Below the pieces are notes generated by a model. That model had not been told where the DNA came from, did not search any database, and was given only the letters and a program-made list of their open reading frames with translations. A DNA stretch of 64,000 nt, taken from contig JBBQAO010000001.1 of assembly GCA_038316355.1 (NCBI GenBank), positions 23,076 to 87,075 of the forward strand. The letters are read 5' to 3'. Position 1 is the stretch's first letter; each line of letters begins with the position of its first letter. Position numbers and translations under genes: made by a program. This DNA is from Burkholderiales bacterium. GTDB taxonomy: Bacteria > Pseudomonadota > Gammaproteobacteria > Burkholderiales > SG8-41. Shown piece after piece: positions 9,331 to 19,900 of this stretch.

Positions 9331-10512
9331 ATGGATTTCAGCATCTCGGAAGAACAACGCGCCTTCGTCGATACCGTACGCAAGGTTTGCCAGAAAGAAT
9401 TCGCGCCGCGCGCGATCAAATACCTCGACGGCACCTGGCCCGCCGAAAACATGAAACGCCTCGGTGAAATCGGCGTACTCGGCATGGCCGTGCCGCAGGA
9501 ATACGGCGGCTCCGGGCTGTCGATCCTCGACACCGTGCTGGTGCTCGAGGAAATCGGCAAGGTCTGCTACGTCACCGCAATGGGCGCGCTCGGCGAAGTG
9601 GGCACCCAGACCCGCATCATTTCGACCTTCGCGCCCGAAGAAATCAAGCGCAAAATCCTGCCGCGCGTTGCCACCGGCGAGGCCATCCTCGCGATCTGCA
9701 TGACCGAGCCCGACGCCGGCACCGATGTGCCCGCCTACAAGACCAACTGCACCATCAAGGGCGACCGCGTGATCCTGCGCGGCGCGAAGACACTGATTTC
9801 GCGTGCCGACATCGCCGAGATGTTCGTGGTGTTCACCCGCGTCAACAACAAGCCGGGAGCAGAAGGCATCGGTTGCGTGCTGGTGCCGGGCGGCATCAAA
9901 GGCCTCAATGCCAAAGCCAGTTACCACACCATGGGCGGTGAGTACCTGTCCGATGTGTTCTTCGACGACATCGAATTGCCACTGGAGAATCTGGTGATCC
10001 GCGACAACGGCATGAAAAAACTGCTGTCGGCGTTCAACACCCAGCGCTGCCTCAATCCGGCGATCTGCCTCGGTCTCGCCGAAGGCGCGCTGGAGGAAGC
10101 GGTGAAATACATGCGCAACCGCTCGGCCTTCGGCAAAAAAATCGGTGACTTCCAGGGCATGCGCTGGAAAGTGGCCGACATGTACATCCAGATTGAGGCC
10201 GCGCGCGGCCTGCTCTATCGTGCCGCGGTGTCAGGCGACACGGTTTCAGGCAACAAATTCCCCGATCCGACGCTGGCGGCAATGGCCAAGATCTACACCA
10301 ACGAAATGTCGATCCGCGTCACCAGTGAGGCGATCCAGGTGCACGGCGGTTACGGTTTCACCGACGAGTTTCCGGTATCGCGCTTCTTCCGCGGCACGCG
10401 TTACGGCAGCCTCGGTGGCGGCACCAGCGAAACCCTGCGCAACATGGTCGGACGCAAGCTGGTCGAGCAGATGGATCTGGCGTCAGGCTGCTTCGGAATG
10501 GACTACTTTTAA
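9331..10512 (+). CDS. acyl-CoA dehydrogenase family protein (atypical, no catalytic Glu)
   Basis: PQEYGG, TEPDAGTD, RSAFGKKIGDFQ, AIQVHGGYG. Confidence 0.9.
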   Translation: MDFSISEEQRAFVDTVRKVCQKEFAPRAIKYLDGTWPAENMKRLGEIGVLGMAVPQEYGGSGLSILDTVLVLEEIGKVCYVTAMGALGEVGTQTRIISTFAPEEIKRKILPRVATGEAILAICMTEPDAGTDVPAYKTNCTIKGDRVILRGAKTLISRADIAEMFVVFTRVNNKPGAEGIGCVLVPGGIKGLNAKASYHTMGGEYLSDVFFDDIELPLENLVIRDNGMKKLLSAFNTQRCLNPAICLGLAEGALEEAVKYMRNRSAFGKKIGDFQGMRWKVADMYIQIEAARGLLYRAAVSGDTVSGNKFPDPTLAAMAKIYTNEMSIRVTSEAIQVHGGYGFTDEFPVSRFFRGTRYGSLGGGTSETLRNMVGRKLVEQMDLASGCFGMDYF

Positions 10513-10591
10513 AGCCCGTGATGAGTGATGGGCAAAGTGCGATCAGCAGAGTTTCCGCTCCGCGTTCATCACTCCTCGCTCCGCGCTGGAA

Positions 10592-11605
10592 TTAATAGAC
10601 CGGCTTCGATCGGAAATGCCGCTCACGGTCGATCGACTTGACCTTCACCAGTTCGACCTTGTTGCCTTTCAGCACATCCAGCGCGACCTCCACGCCGGCA
10701 TCGCCGCTTTTCCACAGCCGCAGGTAAAAATCGGCCTGTCCGCGAAGTGACTGGCCACCGAGGCCGACAATGATGTCGCCAGCCTGCAATCCGGCGTCTG
10801 CCGCCGGACCTTCGTCAGTAACGCGGGTAATGATCACCTTGCCCTGTATTTCCTGCGAGGTAATGCCCAGCCACGGCCGTGGCTTGGTCGTGGCGCGGCC
10901 ATTCGCAATGAAATCACCCAGCACCGGTTTCAGCGTGTCGATCGGCACAAACATGTTGCCCGGAACATTGCTCTGGCCGATGGCATCGCCGACAGCCAGC
11001 GAACCGATGCCGAGCAGCTTGCCTTCCTTCGACAACAGCGCGGCACCCTGCCAGTTGACGGTTGCCGGCGCGGTGTAGATCGCCTCGTCGAGCAGATATT
11101 CCCAATAACCGACGAACGGCCGCTTGGACACGATGTAGGCCGGTGCAACACCGTCAAAACCGACGATCAGCACCAGATCGCGCAGATTCGTCACCGAAGA
11201 TTCACCGAGATCCACCGGCTTGATCGGCAGCGGCTGCAGCGATTTCACCAGCCCGAGGCCGGTGGAATTGTCATAACCGATGACATTCGCCGCAAATTTC
11301 CGGCCATCGGCCGTCGCCAGCTCCACGGTATCGGCTTCGGTCACCAGATAACCGATGGTTAGCACCAGGCCGCTGGAATCGATGACCACACCGGTGCCTT
11401 CACGTTGCGGACCGAGGGAGCGCGCGCTGCGCGCATCCGGCACCGTTTTCACCGTGAGCTTGACCACAGAAAACTGGTCAACCGAGAGTTCGCGTTCCGC
11501 AGCGACACCTGGCGACGCATGCGCCAGCAGGCCGGCAGCGAGCAGGATGGACACGGCTGATTGCCGCAGTTCGCGCAACACATTGTGGATGCAAGCCATG
11601 ATCAA
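10592..11605 (-). CDS. trypsin-like (S1C/HtrA-fold) PDZ protein, probably catalytically degenerate
   Basis: GTGVVID..GLVLT, LLGIGS, RPWLG, PDZ motif GPAADAGLQAGD; signal peptide. Confidence 0.8.
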   Translation of the reverse strand: MIMACIHNVLRELRQSAVSILLAAGLLAHASPGVAAERELSVDQFSVVKLTVKTVPDARSARSLGPQREGTGVVIDSSGLVLTIGYLVTEADTVELATADGRKFAANVIGYDNSTGLGLVKSLQPLPIKPVDLGESSVTNLRDLVLIVGFDGVAPAYIVSKRPFVGYWEYLLDEAIYTAPATVNWQGAALLSKEGKLLGIGSLAVGDAIGQSNVPGNMFVPIDTLKPVLGDFIANGRATTKPRPWLGITSQEIQGKVIITRVTDEGPAADAGLQAGDIIVGLGGQSLRGQADFYLRLWKSGDAGVEVALDVLKGNKVELVKVKSIDRERHFRSKPVY

Positions 11606-11745
11606 TCTCCGGTCACTGCAGTTTCAAGGATGCGACATCCGCCCCTGTCCGGCTATCCTACGACGAATGCCCGGGGCACAAAAGGCCTGCGCGCAATTGG
11701 CGCTACAATGCCGCCTCTTTCTGATGATTGTGGAGGACAAACAGC

Positions 11746-12519
11746 ATGGAATTCGGACTCAAAGGCAAAGTCGCGATTGTCACCGGCGGCACTGAAGGCA
11801 TCGGCAAGGCCACGGCCATGACACTGGCCCGGGAAGGCGCCAAAGTGGCGATCTGCGCGCGAGGCAAACCGCTGCTCGACGCCACCGCCGCCGAAATCAC
11901 CAAAGCGGGCGGCGAAGTAATGGCGATGGTGGCCGACATCAGCAAGGCTGCCGACTGCAAGAATTTCATCGAAGCGGTTGCACAGAAATTCGGCCGCATC
12001 GACATCCTTGTCAATAATGCGGGCACCTCCAAACGCGGCGATTTCCTCGAACTGAAGGATGAGGAATGGGCAGCGGATATCGAGCTCAAGGTGTTCGGCG
12101 CCATCCGCTGCACCCGCCTCGCCATACCGCACATGAAAAAGCAGGGCGGTGGCCGCGTCATCAACATCACCATTTCCGGCGCCAAACAACCGGGCGCGGG
12201 ATCGATGCCGACTTCCATATCGCGCGCTGCAGGACTGGCCATGACCAAGGCCCTGTCCAAGGAATTCGCCGCCGACAACATCCTCGTCAACACCATCTGC
12301 ATCGGCAAGATCAAATCGGGCCAGCATGAGCGCCGCTACACCAAGGACGGCATCAGCGCCGACGAGTATTACGGCAAAATCTGCAAGGACATCCCTTTGA
12401 AACGCGCGGGCGAATCGCAGGAAGTCGCCAACGTCATCACCTTCCTCGCCTCCGATGCCGCGAGCTACGTCACCGGCACCAGCATCAACCTCGATGGCGG
12501 GATTTCCGGCGTTCTATAA
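11746..12519 (+). CDS. short-chain dehydrogenase/reductase
   Basis: TGGTEGIG, NNAG, YVTG..INLDGG. GGAGG RBS before ATG 11746. Confidence 0.92.
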   Translation: MEFGLKGKVAIVTGGTEGIGKATAMTLAREGAKVAICARGKPLLDATAAEITKAGGEVMAMVADISKAADCKNFIEAVAQKFGRIDILVNNAGTSKRGDFLELKDEEWAADIELKVFGAIRCTRLAIPHMKKQGGGRVINITISGAKQPGAGSMPTSISRAAGLAMTKALSKEFAADNILVNTICIGKIKSGQHERRYTKDGISADEYYGKICKDIPLKRAGESQEVANVITFLASDAASYVTGTSINLDGGISGVL

Positions 12520-12576
12520 AATATCAATAAAATCAATAAAATCAATTAGTTATATCGATAATACAGGTGGGCCCGG

Positions 12577-12607
12577 TTGCGCCGGTGATTCTCCATCACC
12601 GGCGCAA
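12577..12607. terminator. 13-bp perfect hairpin between convergent SDR and tRNA
   Basis: TTGCGCCGGTGAT-tctcc-ATCACCGGCGCAA. Confidence 0.55.
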
Positions 12608-12686
12608 TACATTTGACAACACGGCGCGCAACACGCCGGGTTCGATGCTGAAAATTGTATGCGGGAGGGATCCGGAAACATTCCGG

Positions 12687-12762
<76 letters not shown>

Positions 12763-12934
12763 CCGGGGAGGCAGAATTCTACAGCAAACACCCTTAGGGC
12801 CTGTCGGGCTTAGGGTGTTTTTCACGAAAACGAACCTTTTTTTACCATCGAAACACCCCCCCGAAAAATTTAAACGCGCTGTAGCTCGTTTTAGAGCGTC
12901 CAGTTTTTTGGAATCGGCTAAGTCCGACAGGCTG

Positions 12935-13351
12935 CTAGAGCGTGCGGACACGGACGACGATATCGACACCCTCGGTCACCATGCCCGGGGGCAATTCCGG
13001 CAGACCGCTGACGGCAAGGTCATTGGCGGGAATATCGGTGATTTCGCCGGTATCGATGTTGTAGAGGTGATGGTGCGGTTCAGTGTTGGGATCGTAGAAC
13101 ACCCGCTTCGGATCGACGATCACCTCGCGGATCAGGCCGCAGTCGCGGAACAGGTTCAGCGTGTTGTAGACCGTCGCCTTCGACGTTTCGGCATGGCGCT
13201 CGTTGACCAGCGTCAGAATCTGGTCGGCGGCCAGATGTTCACAACGGCTGAACAGCACGTTGGCAATTTCCAGCCGTTGATGCGTAGGCGCAATGCCGTG
13301 CTTGCGCAGCAGGGCGATCAATTCGTGGCGGTTGTAAGACATTGCTTTCAT
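12935..13351 (-). CDS. Fur family transcriptional regulator (Irr/PerR-like)
   Basis: THQRLEI, SKATVYNTL, HHHL; no CxxC structural zinc site. Confidence 0.88.
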   Translation of the reverse strand: MKAMSYNRHELIALLRKHGIAPTHQRLEIANVLFSRCEHLAADQILTLVNERHAETSKATVYNTLNLFRDCGLIREVIVDPKRVFYDPNTEPHHHLYNIDTGEITDIPANDLAVSGLPELPPGMVTEGVDIVVRVRTL

Positions 13352-13567
13352 TGAAGTTTATTCTAGGCCAAAGATTGGACTTTGTCTAATCCCGGCGGAT
13401 CACCCGCCGGCACCCGGAACAGCACGAAACCACGGACAAAACTGTGCGCAATTCCTCGCTTCCGACCCCGTCATAACCGCTTATGCCGATTGGATAACCA
13501 CTCATCGGGAAGTCATGGCGGCGGCGTAAAATCCCCCCTAACCTTCACTCACCCAAAAGGAGTTTCG

Positions 13568-14023
13568 ATGAAACCCGAACGCAGTTCTGCCATGAAGCTC
13601 GCACGCGGTTTTACCCTGGTTGAATTGCTGATCGTGGTCGCGATCATCGGCGTCATTGCAGCAATCGCCGTTCCGCAATACGGGGATTACGTCACCCGCA
13701 GCAAGCTCACCGAAGCCACGGCCACGTTGTCCGAACATCGCGTGAAGATGGAACAGTATTTTCAGGATAACCGGACTTACGCCAGCGCTTGCCAGGCCGG
13801 CTCCATCGCCGTGACGCCCACCGGTCGTTATTTCGCCTATGACTGCGGCACACCGACAGCCACCACCTTCACCGTTACCGCCACCGGAGTAGCCGCGCAG
13901 GGCATGAGCGGTTTCGTCTTTACCATTAACCAGGCCAATGCCCGCGCCACAACCACGGTGGGCACCGGCTGGAGCGGCGACGGCTCAACCTGCTGGGTTA
14001 CCAACAAGGCCGGCGGATGCTGA
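13568..14023 (+). CDS. pilE: type IV minor pilin PilE
   Basis: Prepilin cleavage GFTLVELLIVVAIIG, MEQYFQDNRTY; AAGGAG RBS. Confidence 0.88.
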   Translation: MKPERSSAMKLARGFTLVELLIVVAIIGVIAAIAVPQYGDYVTRSKLTEATATLSEHRVKMEQYFQDNRTYASACQAGSIAVTPTGRYFAYDCGTPTATTFTVTATGVAAQGMSGFVFTINQANARATTTVGTGWSGDGSTCWVTNKAGGC

Positions 14024-14625
14024 ACCGCGTCCACAGCGGATTCAGCCTGGTCGAACTGATCGTCGGCATGGCCATACTGGCCCTGCTGATGGCACTGGGC
14101 TTGCCGCAATACGCAACCTTTGTCTCCAATGCCCGCTTGCGCGCAACCGCCGAAGGCATCAGCAACGGCCTGAATCTGGCGCGCGCCGAAGCGGTCAAGC
14201 GCAACGGCCGCGTCGAACTGCTGTTTATCGACGAAGAGCCCATAGAACCCCTGGTCAATGTCGTGGCACCGGTGGTCAACGGCCCCAACTGGCTGGTACG
14301 GGCCTGGGTTCCGACCGCCAATGCCTTCGACTTCGTCGAAGGCAAGCTCGGCGCGGAGGGTTCGGGGAAAACCGGCACCCCGGGCGTGGAAGTAAGCACG
14401 GTGACGCCCGGCGTTTACGACGGCACCGTCACATTTACCGGCTTCGGCGCGCTCGCCAGTGCCCAGCCCCTCTCCTTTGAGGTGACCTATTCGGCGGCGG
14501 GCGCTTGCGACACCACAGCCACCCCCGGTCCCATGCGCTGCCTCAACGTCAACGTGACACCCGGCGGCCAGATTCGCATCTGCGACCCCAAAATAACCGC
14601 GGCCAAAGACACGCGCGCCTGTTAG
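14017..14625 (+). CDS. fimT: type IV minor pilin FimT/FimU (GspH family)
   Basis: GFSLVELIV, ARAEAVKRN. Confidence 0.85.
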   Translation: MLNRVHSGFSLVELIVGMAILALLMALGLPQYATFVSNARLRATAEGISNGLNLARAEAVKRNGRVELLFIDEEPIEPLVNVVAPVVNGPNWLVRAWVPTANAFDFVEGKLGAEGSGKTGTPGVEVSTVTPGVYDGTVTFTGFGALASAQPLSFEVTYSAAGACDTTATPGPMRCLNVNVTPGGQIRICDPKITAAKDTRAC

Positions 14626-14637
14626 GACCCCATTGAT

Positions 14638-15135
14638 ATGAAACCTACACTCACCCCGATTTTGCGCCGGCAGCAGGGCGTCATGCTGCTGGAGGCCCTG
14701 ATCGGCATCCTGATTTTTTCCGTCGGCATCCTCGCCATGGTCGGCATGCAGGCGGCGGCTTTTTCCGCCAGCGCCGATGCCAAAAACCGCGCCGAAGCCG
14801 CCGCCTTCGCCAATCAGATCATTTCTGACATCTGGATGGGCGTGGACCGCTCGTCGGACGCCAACCTGATCACCACGCTGAACAATTTCCAGTTGAACAC
14901 CGGCGGCAGCGACTGCGCATTTTCCGGCGGCCCGGCCGACGGCACCAATGCCATTCTCGCCGGTTGGGTCAGCACGGTGACCGATACATCGACCGGGCTG
15001 CTCGGCGCCACCGCGGCGATGCAACAGGTCATCGTCTCCACCGCTGATCTCAACCGCGTGACAGTCACCGTCTGCTGGCAAACGCCGCAGGACGTGCGGT
15101 CACGCAAACACCAGGTGATTTCGTATGTATTCTGA
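14638..15135 (+). CDS. pilV: type IV pilus modification protein PilV
   Basis: GVMLLEALIGILIFSVGIL, C-terminal VTVCW. Confidence 0.85.
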   Translation: MKPTLTPILRRQQGVMLLEALIGILIFSVGILAMVGMQAAAFSASADAKNRAEAAAFANQIISDIWMGVDRSSDANLITTLNNFQLNTGGSDCAFSGGPADGTNAILAGWVSTVTDTSTGLLGATAAMQQVIVSTADLNRVTVTVCWQTPQDVRSRKHQVISYVF

Positions 15136-16303
15136 ATTCAGCAAACACGGGGCCACGCGCCCGGCGCAAGCCGGCCTCAGCCTGGTGGAAATCATGGTGG
15201 GTGTGCTGATCGGCATGATCGGCATCGTGGTGATTTTCCAGATGCTCGCAACTTCGGAGTCGCGTAAACGCACAGTTACCGCGGGCAGCGATGTGCAGGT
15301 CTCGGGTGTCATCGGCCTGACTTCCATCGAACGTGATGTCCGTGAAGCCGGTTACGGCTTTTCCTCGGCCGGTTACGACGCGGGAATCACCCCGCTGATG
15401 GGCTGCACCGTCAATGCCTATGACAGCGCGCGGCCGGCAGCGGCTTTTTCGTACCGCCTGACCGCCGTGCAAATCATCCAGGGCGCAGGTGCCGCATCCG
15501 ACACCGTCATCGTGCTGCGCGGCAACGGCAGCATATTCCCGGCCGCACACGTATTTACCGAGTCCTCCGACACCTCTAAAAAAACCCGCGGCCGCGCCGG
15601 CATTTCGCCGCGGGACTACGTATTGATCGGCAGGGTAACGCCCACAGTGGACTGCATGACCGCCGAAATCACCGACGTTGCCGATGTCGACGCGCTGACC
15701 ATCCGCCACAATCAAGGCTCATACAATTACACGACTTATCTGCCGGACGGCAGCACATCGGTGGCATCACGCATCGCACGCCACAACAACATCACACCGC
15801 CAACCGCCTTCACGGCAGGTTATATCTTCAATCTGGGCAACGGCCCGCGCCGCAATATCTGGACCGTCGCTGACGGCAAACTCCAGGTCACCAATGACCT
15901 GCTCTACCAGGATACCAATGGCGACGGCGCCAATGACGCGGTCGAGGTCGCCGACAACGTGATTACGCTGCAGGCGCAATACGGCATTGATGCCAATAAC
16001 AACGGGCGCATCGAAGCCACCGAATGGACCGTGACGGATCCGGTAGCAGTCGCGCAATGGGCCAATGTGCTGGCGGTCAGGCTGGGCCTGCTGGTGCGAT
16101 CCAGCCAGTTTGAGAAAACCACGGTCACCACCACGGTACCTTCATGGGCCGGCGGGCAATTCACCATTACCAATCTTGATGCCACTGCGAGCAGCGGCAC
16201 ACCCACCGATCCCGCCGACAACTGGCGCAATTACCGTTATCGCGTCTATGAAACCGTGATACCGCTGCGCAACATGTTGTGGGGCTCGAACATCCGACCG
16301 TAA
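15125..16303 (+). CDS. pilW: type IV pilus assembly protein PilW
   Basis: GLSLVEIMVG, LQAQYGID, YRYRVYETVIPLRN. Confidence 0.88.
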   Translation: MYSEFSKHGATRPAQAGLSLVEIMVGVLIGMIGIVVIFQMLATSESRKRTVTAGSDVQVSGVIGLTSIERDVREAGYGFSSAGYDAGITPLMGCTVNAYDSARPAAAFSYRLTAVQIIQGAGAASDTVIVLRGNGSIFPAAHVFTESSDTSKKTRGRAGISPRDYVLIGRVTPTVDCMTAEITDVADVDALTIRHNQGSYNYTTYLPDGSTSVASRIARHNNITPPTAFTAGYIFNLGNGPRRNIWTVADGKLQVTNDLLYQDTNGDGANDAVEVADNVITLQAQYGIDANNNGRIEATEWTVTDPVAVAQWANVLAVRLGLLVRSSQFEKTTVTTTVPSWAGGQFTITNLDATASSGTPTDPADNWRNYRYRVYETVIPLRNMLWGSNIRP

Positions 16304-16312
16304 CGGAAAACC

Positions 16313-16894
16313 ATGCATCCGGGGATTACAACCATGAAAACTCTGCGCAAACAACAACACGGTGTCGTGCTCTTCATCGCACTGATCGTACTGGTCGCCA
16401 TGTCGCTGGCCGGTGTCGCCCTTTGGCGCTCCATCGGCACTGGCGTGCTGATCGCCGGCAATATCGCCATCCAGCGCGGCGCCGTGACCTCTTCGGACCA
16501 GGGTATTGAAGGCGCCCGCAACTGGCTGATGAACCAGACACCCACGGTACTCAACACCACTCAGACCCGGGCCTATGTTTCGAGCTGGGACGAGCGCTTC
16601 GATGCCATCGCATTTGACTGGGATACCCTGGGCAGCACCCCGCCGACCGTCGATGCCGCCGGGTTCTCGGTGCAATATGTCGTGCATCGCCTGTGCAGCC
16701 TGCCCAATGCCGGCCATAACGCCCCCAACCAGCAGTGCCTGACCCTGAGCGTCGCTGGCGGCAGCAGCGGCCGCGGCGGCGGCAGTTATGGTGTGCTGCC
16801 GCTGAGCGGCACCACCTACATCTATTACCGCATCACTTCGCGCGCCGTCGGCCCGCGGAATACCGTTTCTTACACCCAATCGATCATGTACTAA
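16313..16894 (+). CDS. pilX: type IV pilus assembly protein PilX
   Basis: GVVLFIALIVL (no Glu5, typical of PilX), IAGN, YYRITSRAVGPRNT. Confidence 0.88.
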   Translation: MHPGITTMKTLRKQQHGVVLFIALIVLVAMSLAGVALWRSIGTGVLIAGNIAIQRGAVTSSDQGIEGARNWLMNQTPTVLNTTQTRAYVSSWDERFDAIAFDWDTLGSTPPTVDAAGFSVQYVVHRLCSLPNAGHNAPNQQCLTLSVAGGSSGRGGGSYGVLPLSGTTYIYYRITSRAVGPRNTVSYTQSIMY

Positions 16895-16931
16895 CGGCCG
16901 GGCCGATACCCGACCGACACCGGAGAACACC

Positions 16932-19900
16932 ATGAACTCCCGTTCCAAAACCAGAATTTCGATTACAGGCTACAAGCTGGCACTGGCGGCACTGCTGTGT
17001 GCAGCGCCGCTGTCGGCGCTTTCGGCATTGACCGACATCGCCTCGGTACCGCTGGCCAGCAGTTCGACCACCGTGGTCAAACCCAACATCCTCTACACGC
17101 TCGACAACTCGGGCAGTATGGAGTGGGGGTTCATGCCGGATGATGTCGAAGATCGGTACAACACCACCGGTTACAAGAGCCATCTCTGCAACACGGTTTA
17201 TTACAATCCGGCGATCACCTATGTGCCGCCGAAAAACGCCGACGGCACGGATTTCGTCAATGCCAGTTTTACCTCAGCCCGTTACAACGGCTTTAATTCC
17301 GGATCTTCAACCCGGAACCTCAGCACCAATTACATCGCTTTCGACGACTCCACCGGTCGTAACCATGGCAGCGACACGGCACAAGCTGCTTACTACTATG
17401 TCTGGAGCGGCGGCATCGCGCCCAATCCCGGCAGCACCAGCAACACCACCGGTTGCTGGCCCGGTTCCAGCTCGGCGTTCCCGCACGTCACCGGCAACTG
17501 GACCAAAAGTCTGGTGACTGCCACCTCCGGCCCGGGCGCCACCGATGAACGGCAGAATTTTGCCAACTGGTACAGCTACTATCGCACCCGGATGCAGCTG
17601 ATGAAATCAGCCACCGGCCGCGCTTTTGTCGGCATTGGTGAAGGCTATCGCGTCGGCTTCATCACCATCAACCCCGGCGACCCGGTCCTCTCCAGCCGCT
17701 ATCTGGCCATTGGCGATTTCACCGCCACCCAGAAGAGCAACTGGTTCACCAAGCTGTATGCGCAAGGCACTGACGGATCAACCCCGCTGCGCGAGGCGCT
17801 GTCACGTGCCGGGCGGCATTTCGCCGGCATCCAGACCGGCATCAACAACGGCATGACCGGTGACCCGATGCAGTATTCCTGCCAGCAGAATTTCTCGATC
17901 CTCACTACGGACGGTTACTGGAACGGCAACAGCGGCCAGACACTCGTCAACAACACCGCCATCGGCAACCACGACGGGAATATCGCCACCAACCCGCGAC
18001 CAATGTTTGACGGCAGCATGACCACCACCGGCAGCACTCGCGTCAAGCGGGAAGAAGTCAAAGCACAGTTCGACTGCTCCTCGGGCCGAACCAGGATTCG
18101 CCTGATCCAGACCACCCTGGTCACACCGATTGCGCCGACCCCGGGCCCGGAAGCACAACAAGGATCGCCCTCACAAAACTACATTACCAGCTGCTCAAAA
18201 AGCACCCGCAACGTGTGGACGCCGAATCCCCAGTACACCACTCCCGTCGTCAGCACATCAACCACCGGTGGTGCCAGCGGAACACTGGCCGACGTCGCCG
18301 CCTTCTACTACCTGACCGACCTGCGCGGCCCCGGCTCCATCGGCGCGCTGGGCACTGACGTCGGCACCGCCAACAACGTGCCGTCCAGCGGCATCGGCCC
18401 TGAGGACGACAAAGCGGCGCACCAGCACATGACCACATTCACCATGGGCCTGGGCCTCGCCGGCACATTGAACTATGTGCCCAACTACAAGACCGGCGCC
18501 GGTGATTTCGCCGCGCTGCGTTCCGGCGGCATAAACTGGCCGGCGCCTTCCGCCAATAACCCAACCGCACTGGACGACTTGTGGCATACCGCCGTCAACG
18601 GCCGCGGCCAGTTTTTCAGCGCCGCCGATCCGGACGCGGTCGTCGACAGCCTGTCTGCCGCACTGGCCGGCGTCAACGCCCGCGTCGCCTCCGCCGCTGC
18701 GGCGGCAACCAGTAATCTGGAACCGGTGGCCGGCGACAACTTTGCCTACACCGCCAGCTACAAGACGCTGGAATGGATCGGCGAACTCGAGGCCAAGGAA
18801 ATCGACCTGACCACCGGTAACGTCGGCACCACGCCGGTATGGTCGGCGCGCACAAAACTTGATGCCAGAACCGGCGCTGCCTGTGACAATCGCTCGATCA
18901 GGCTGTTCCGCTCCGGCGCCACCAGCAATCTGGTCGACTTCAGCTGGAACACCCAGGCCTGCGACGTTTCGAAGAATCCGACGGGTGCCGCGACCACCGG
19001 ACTCAATGCCGCCGAGCAGGCTTATTTCGATGCTACCGAGGTCGCTGCTTTCAGCCAGTTTGCTGACATGACAAACGGCATCCTGCCGCCGCTCTCGGTC
19101 GATCAACGCACTCTGGCCGCCGGCGCCAACATGGTCAATTTCCTGCGCGGCCATCGCGGGCGGGAAACTTTTGATCCCAATACCCAGCAGCTCTACCGCA
19201 CGCGCACCGCGGTGCTGGGCGATATCGTCAACGCCCAGCCGGTGTTCGCAAAGGCACCCTTCGCCGATTACCAGGACAGCAACTACGCCGCCTTCAAGTC
19301 AGCAAATACCACCCGCACACCGATGGTCTATGTCGCAGCCAACGACGGCATGCTGCATGCCTTCTATGCCGGCACCAACACCAGCGATCCGCTGGGCGGC
19401 GAGGAACGCTGGGCCTTCATCCCGACCATGGTGCTGCCGAACCTGTACAAACTGGCGGACAACAACTACGGCACGCTGCACACTTATTCGGTGGACGGCA
19501 CGCCGACCATCGCCGACATTTTTGACCCGGCGGCGACCCCGACCGCTCCCAACTACGGATGGAAAACCATTCTCGTCGGCGGCCTCAATGCCGGCGGCAA
19601 AGGCTACTACGCACTGGACGTCACCGACCCGGCCAACCCCAAGGGTCTGTGGGAGTTCAAGCACAACACGACCTGCCTGTCGCCGGTAACGAATCAATCG
19701 TCCGACTGCCACCTCGGCTACAGCTACGGCAATCCGCAAATCGGCAAACTGGCCGACGGCCGCTGGGTGGTGTTCGTGACCTCGGGGTACAACAACGTCA
19801 ACAGTCCGGCAGCGACCGGCGACGGCTTCGGCTATCTGTATGTGCTTAATGCCGTGACCGGGCAGATCATCTACAAAATCTCCACCGCCACCGGCGACGC

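Noticed and set aside
13352-13372. Possible Irr box upstream of the Fur-family gene
   Set aside because: Only a half-site-level match (CTAGAAT) in AT-rich DNA.
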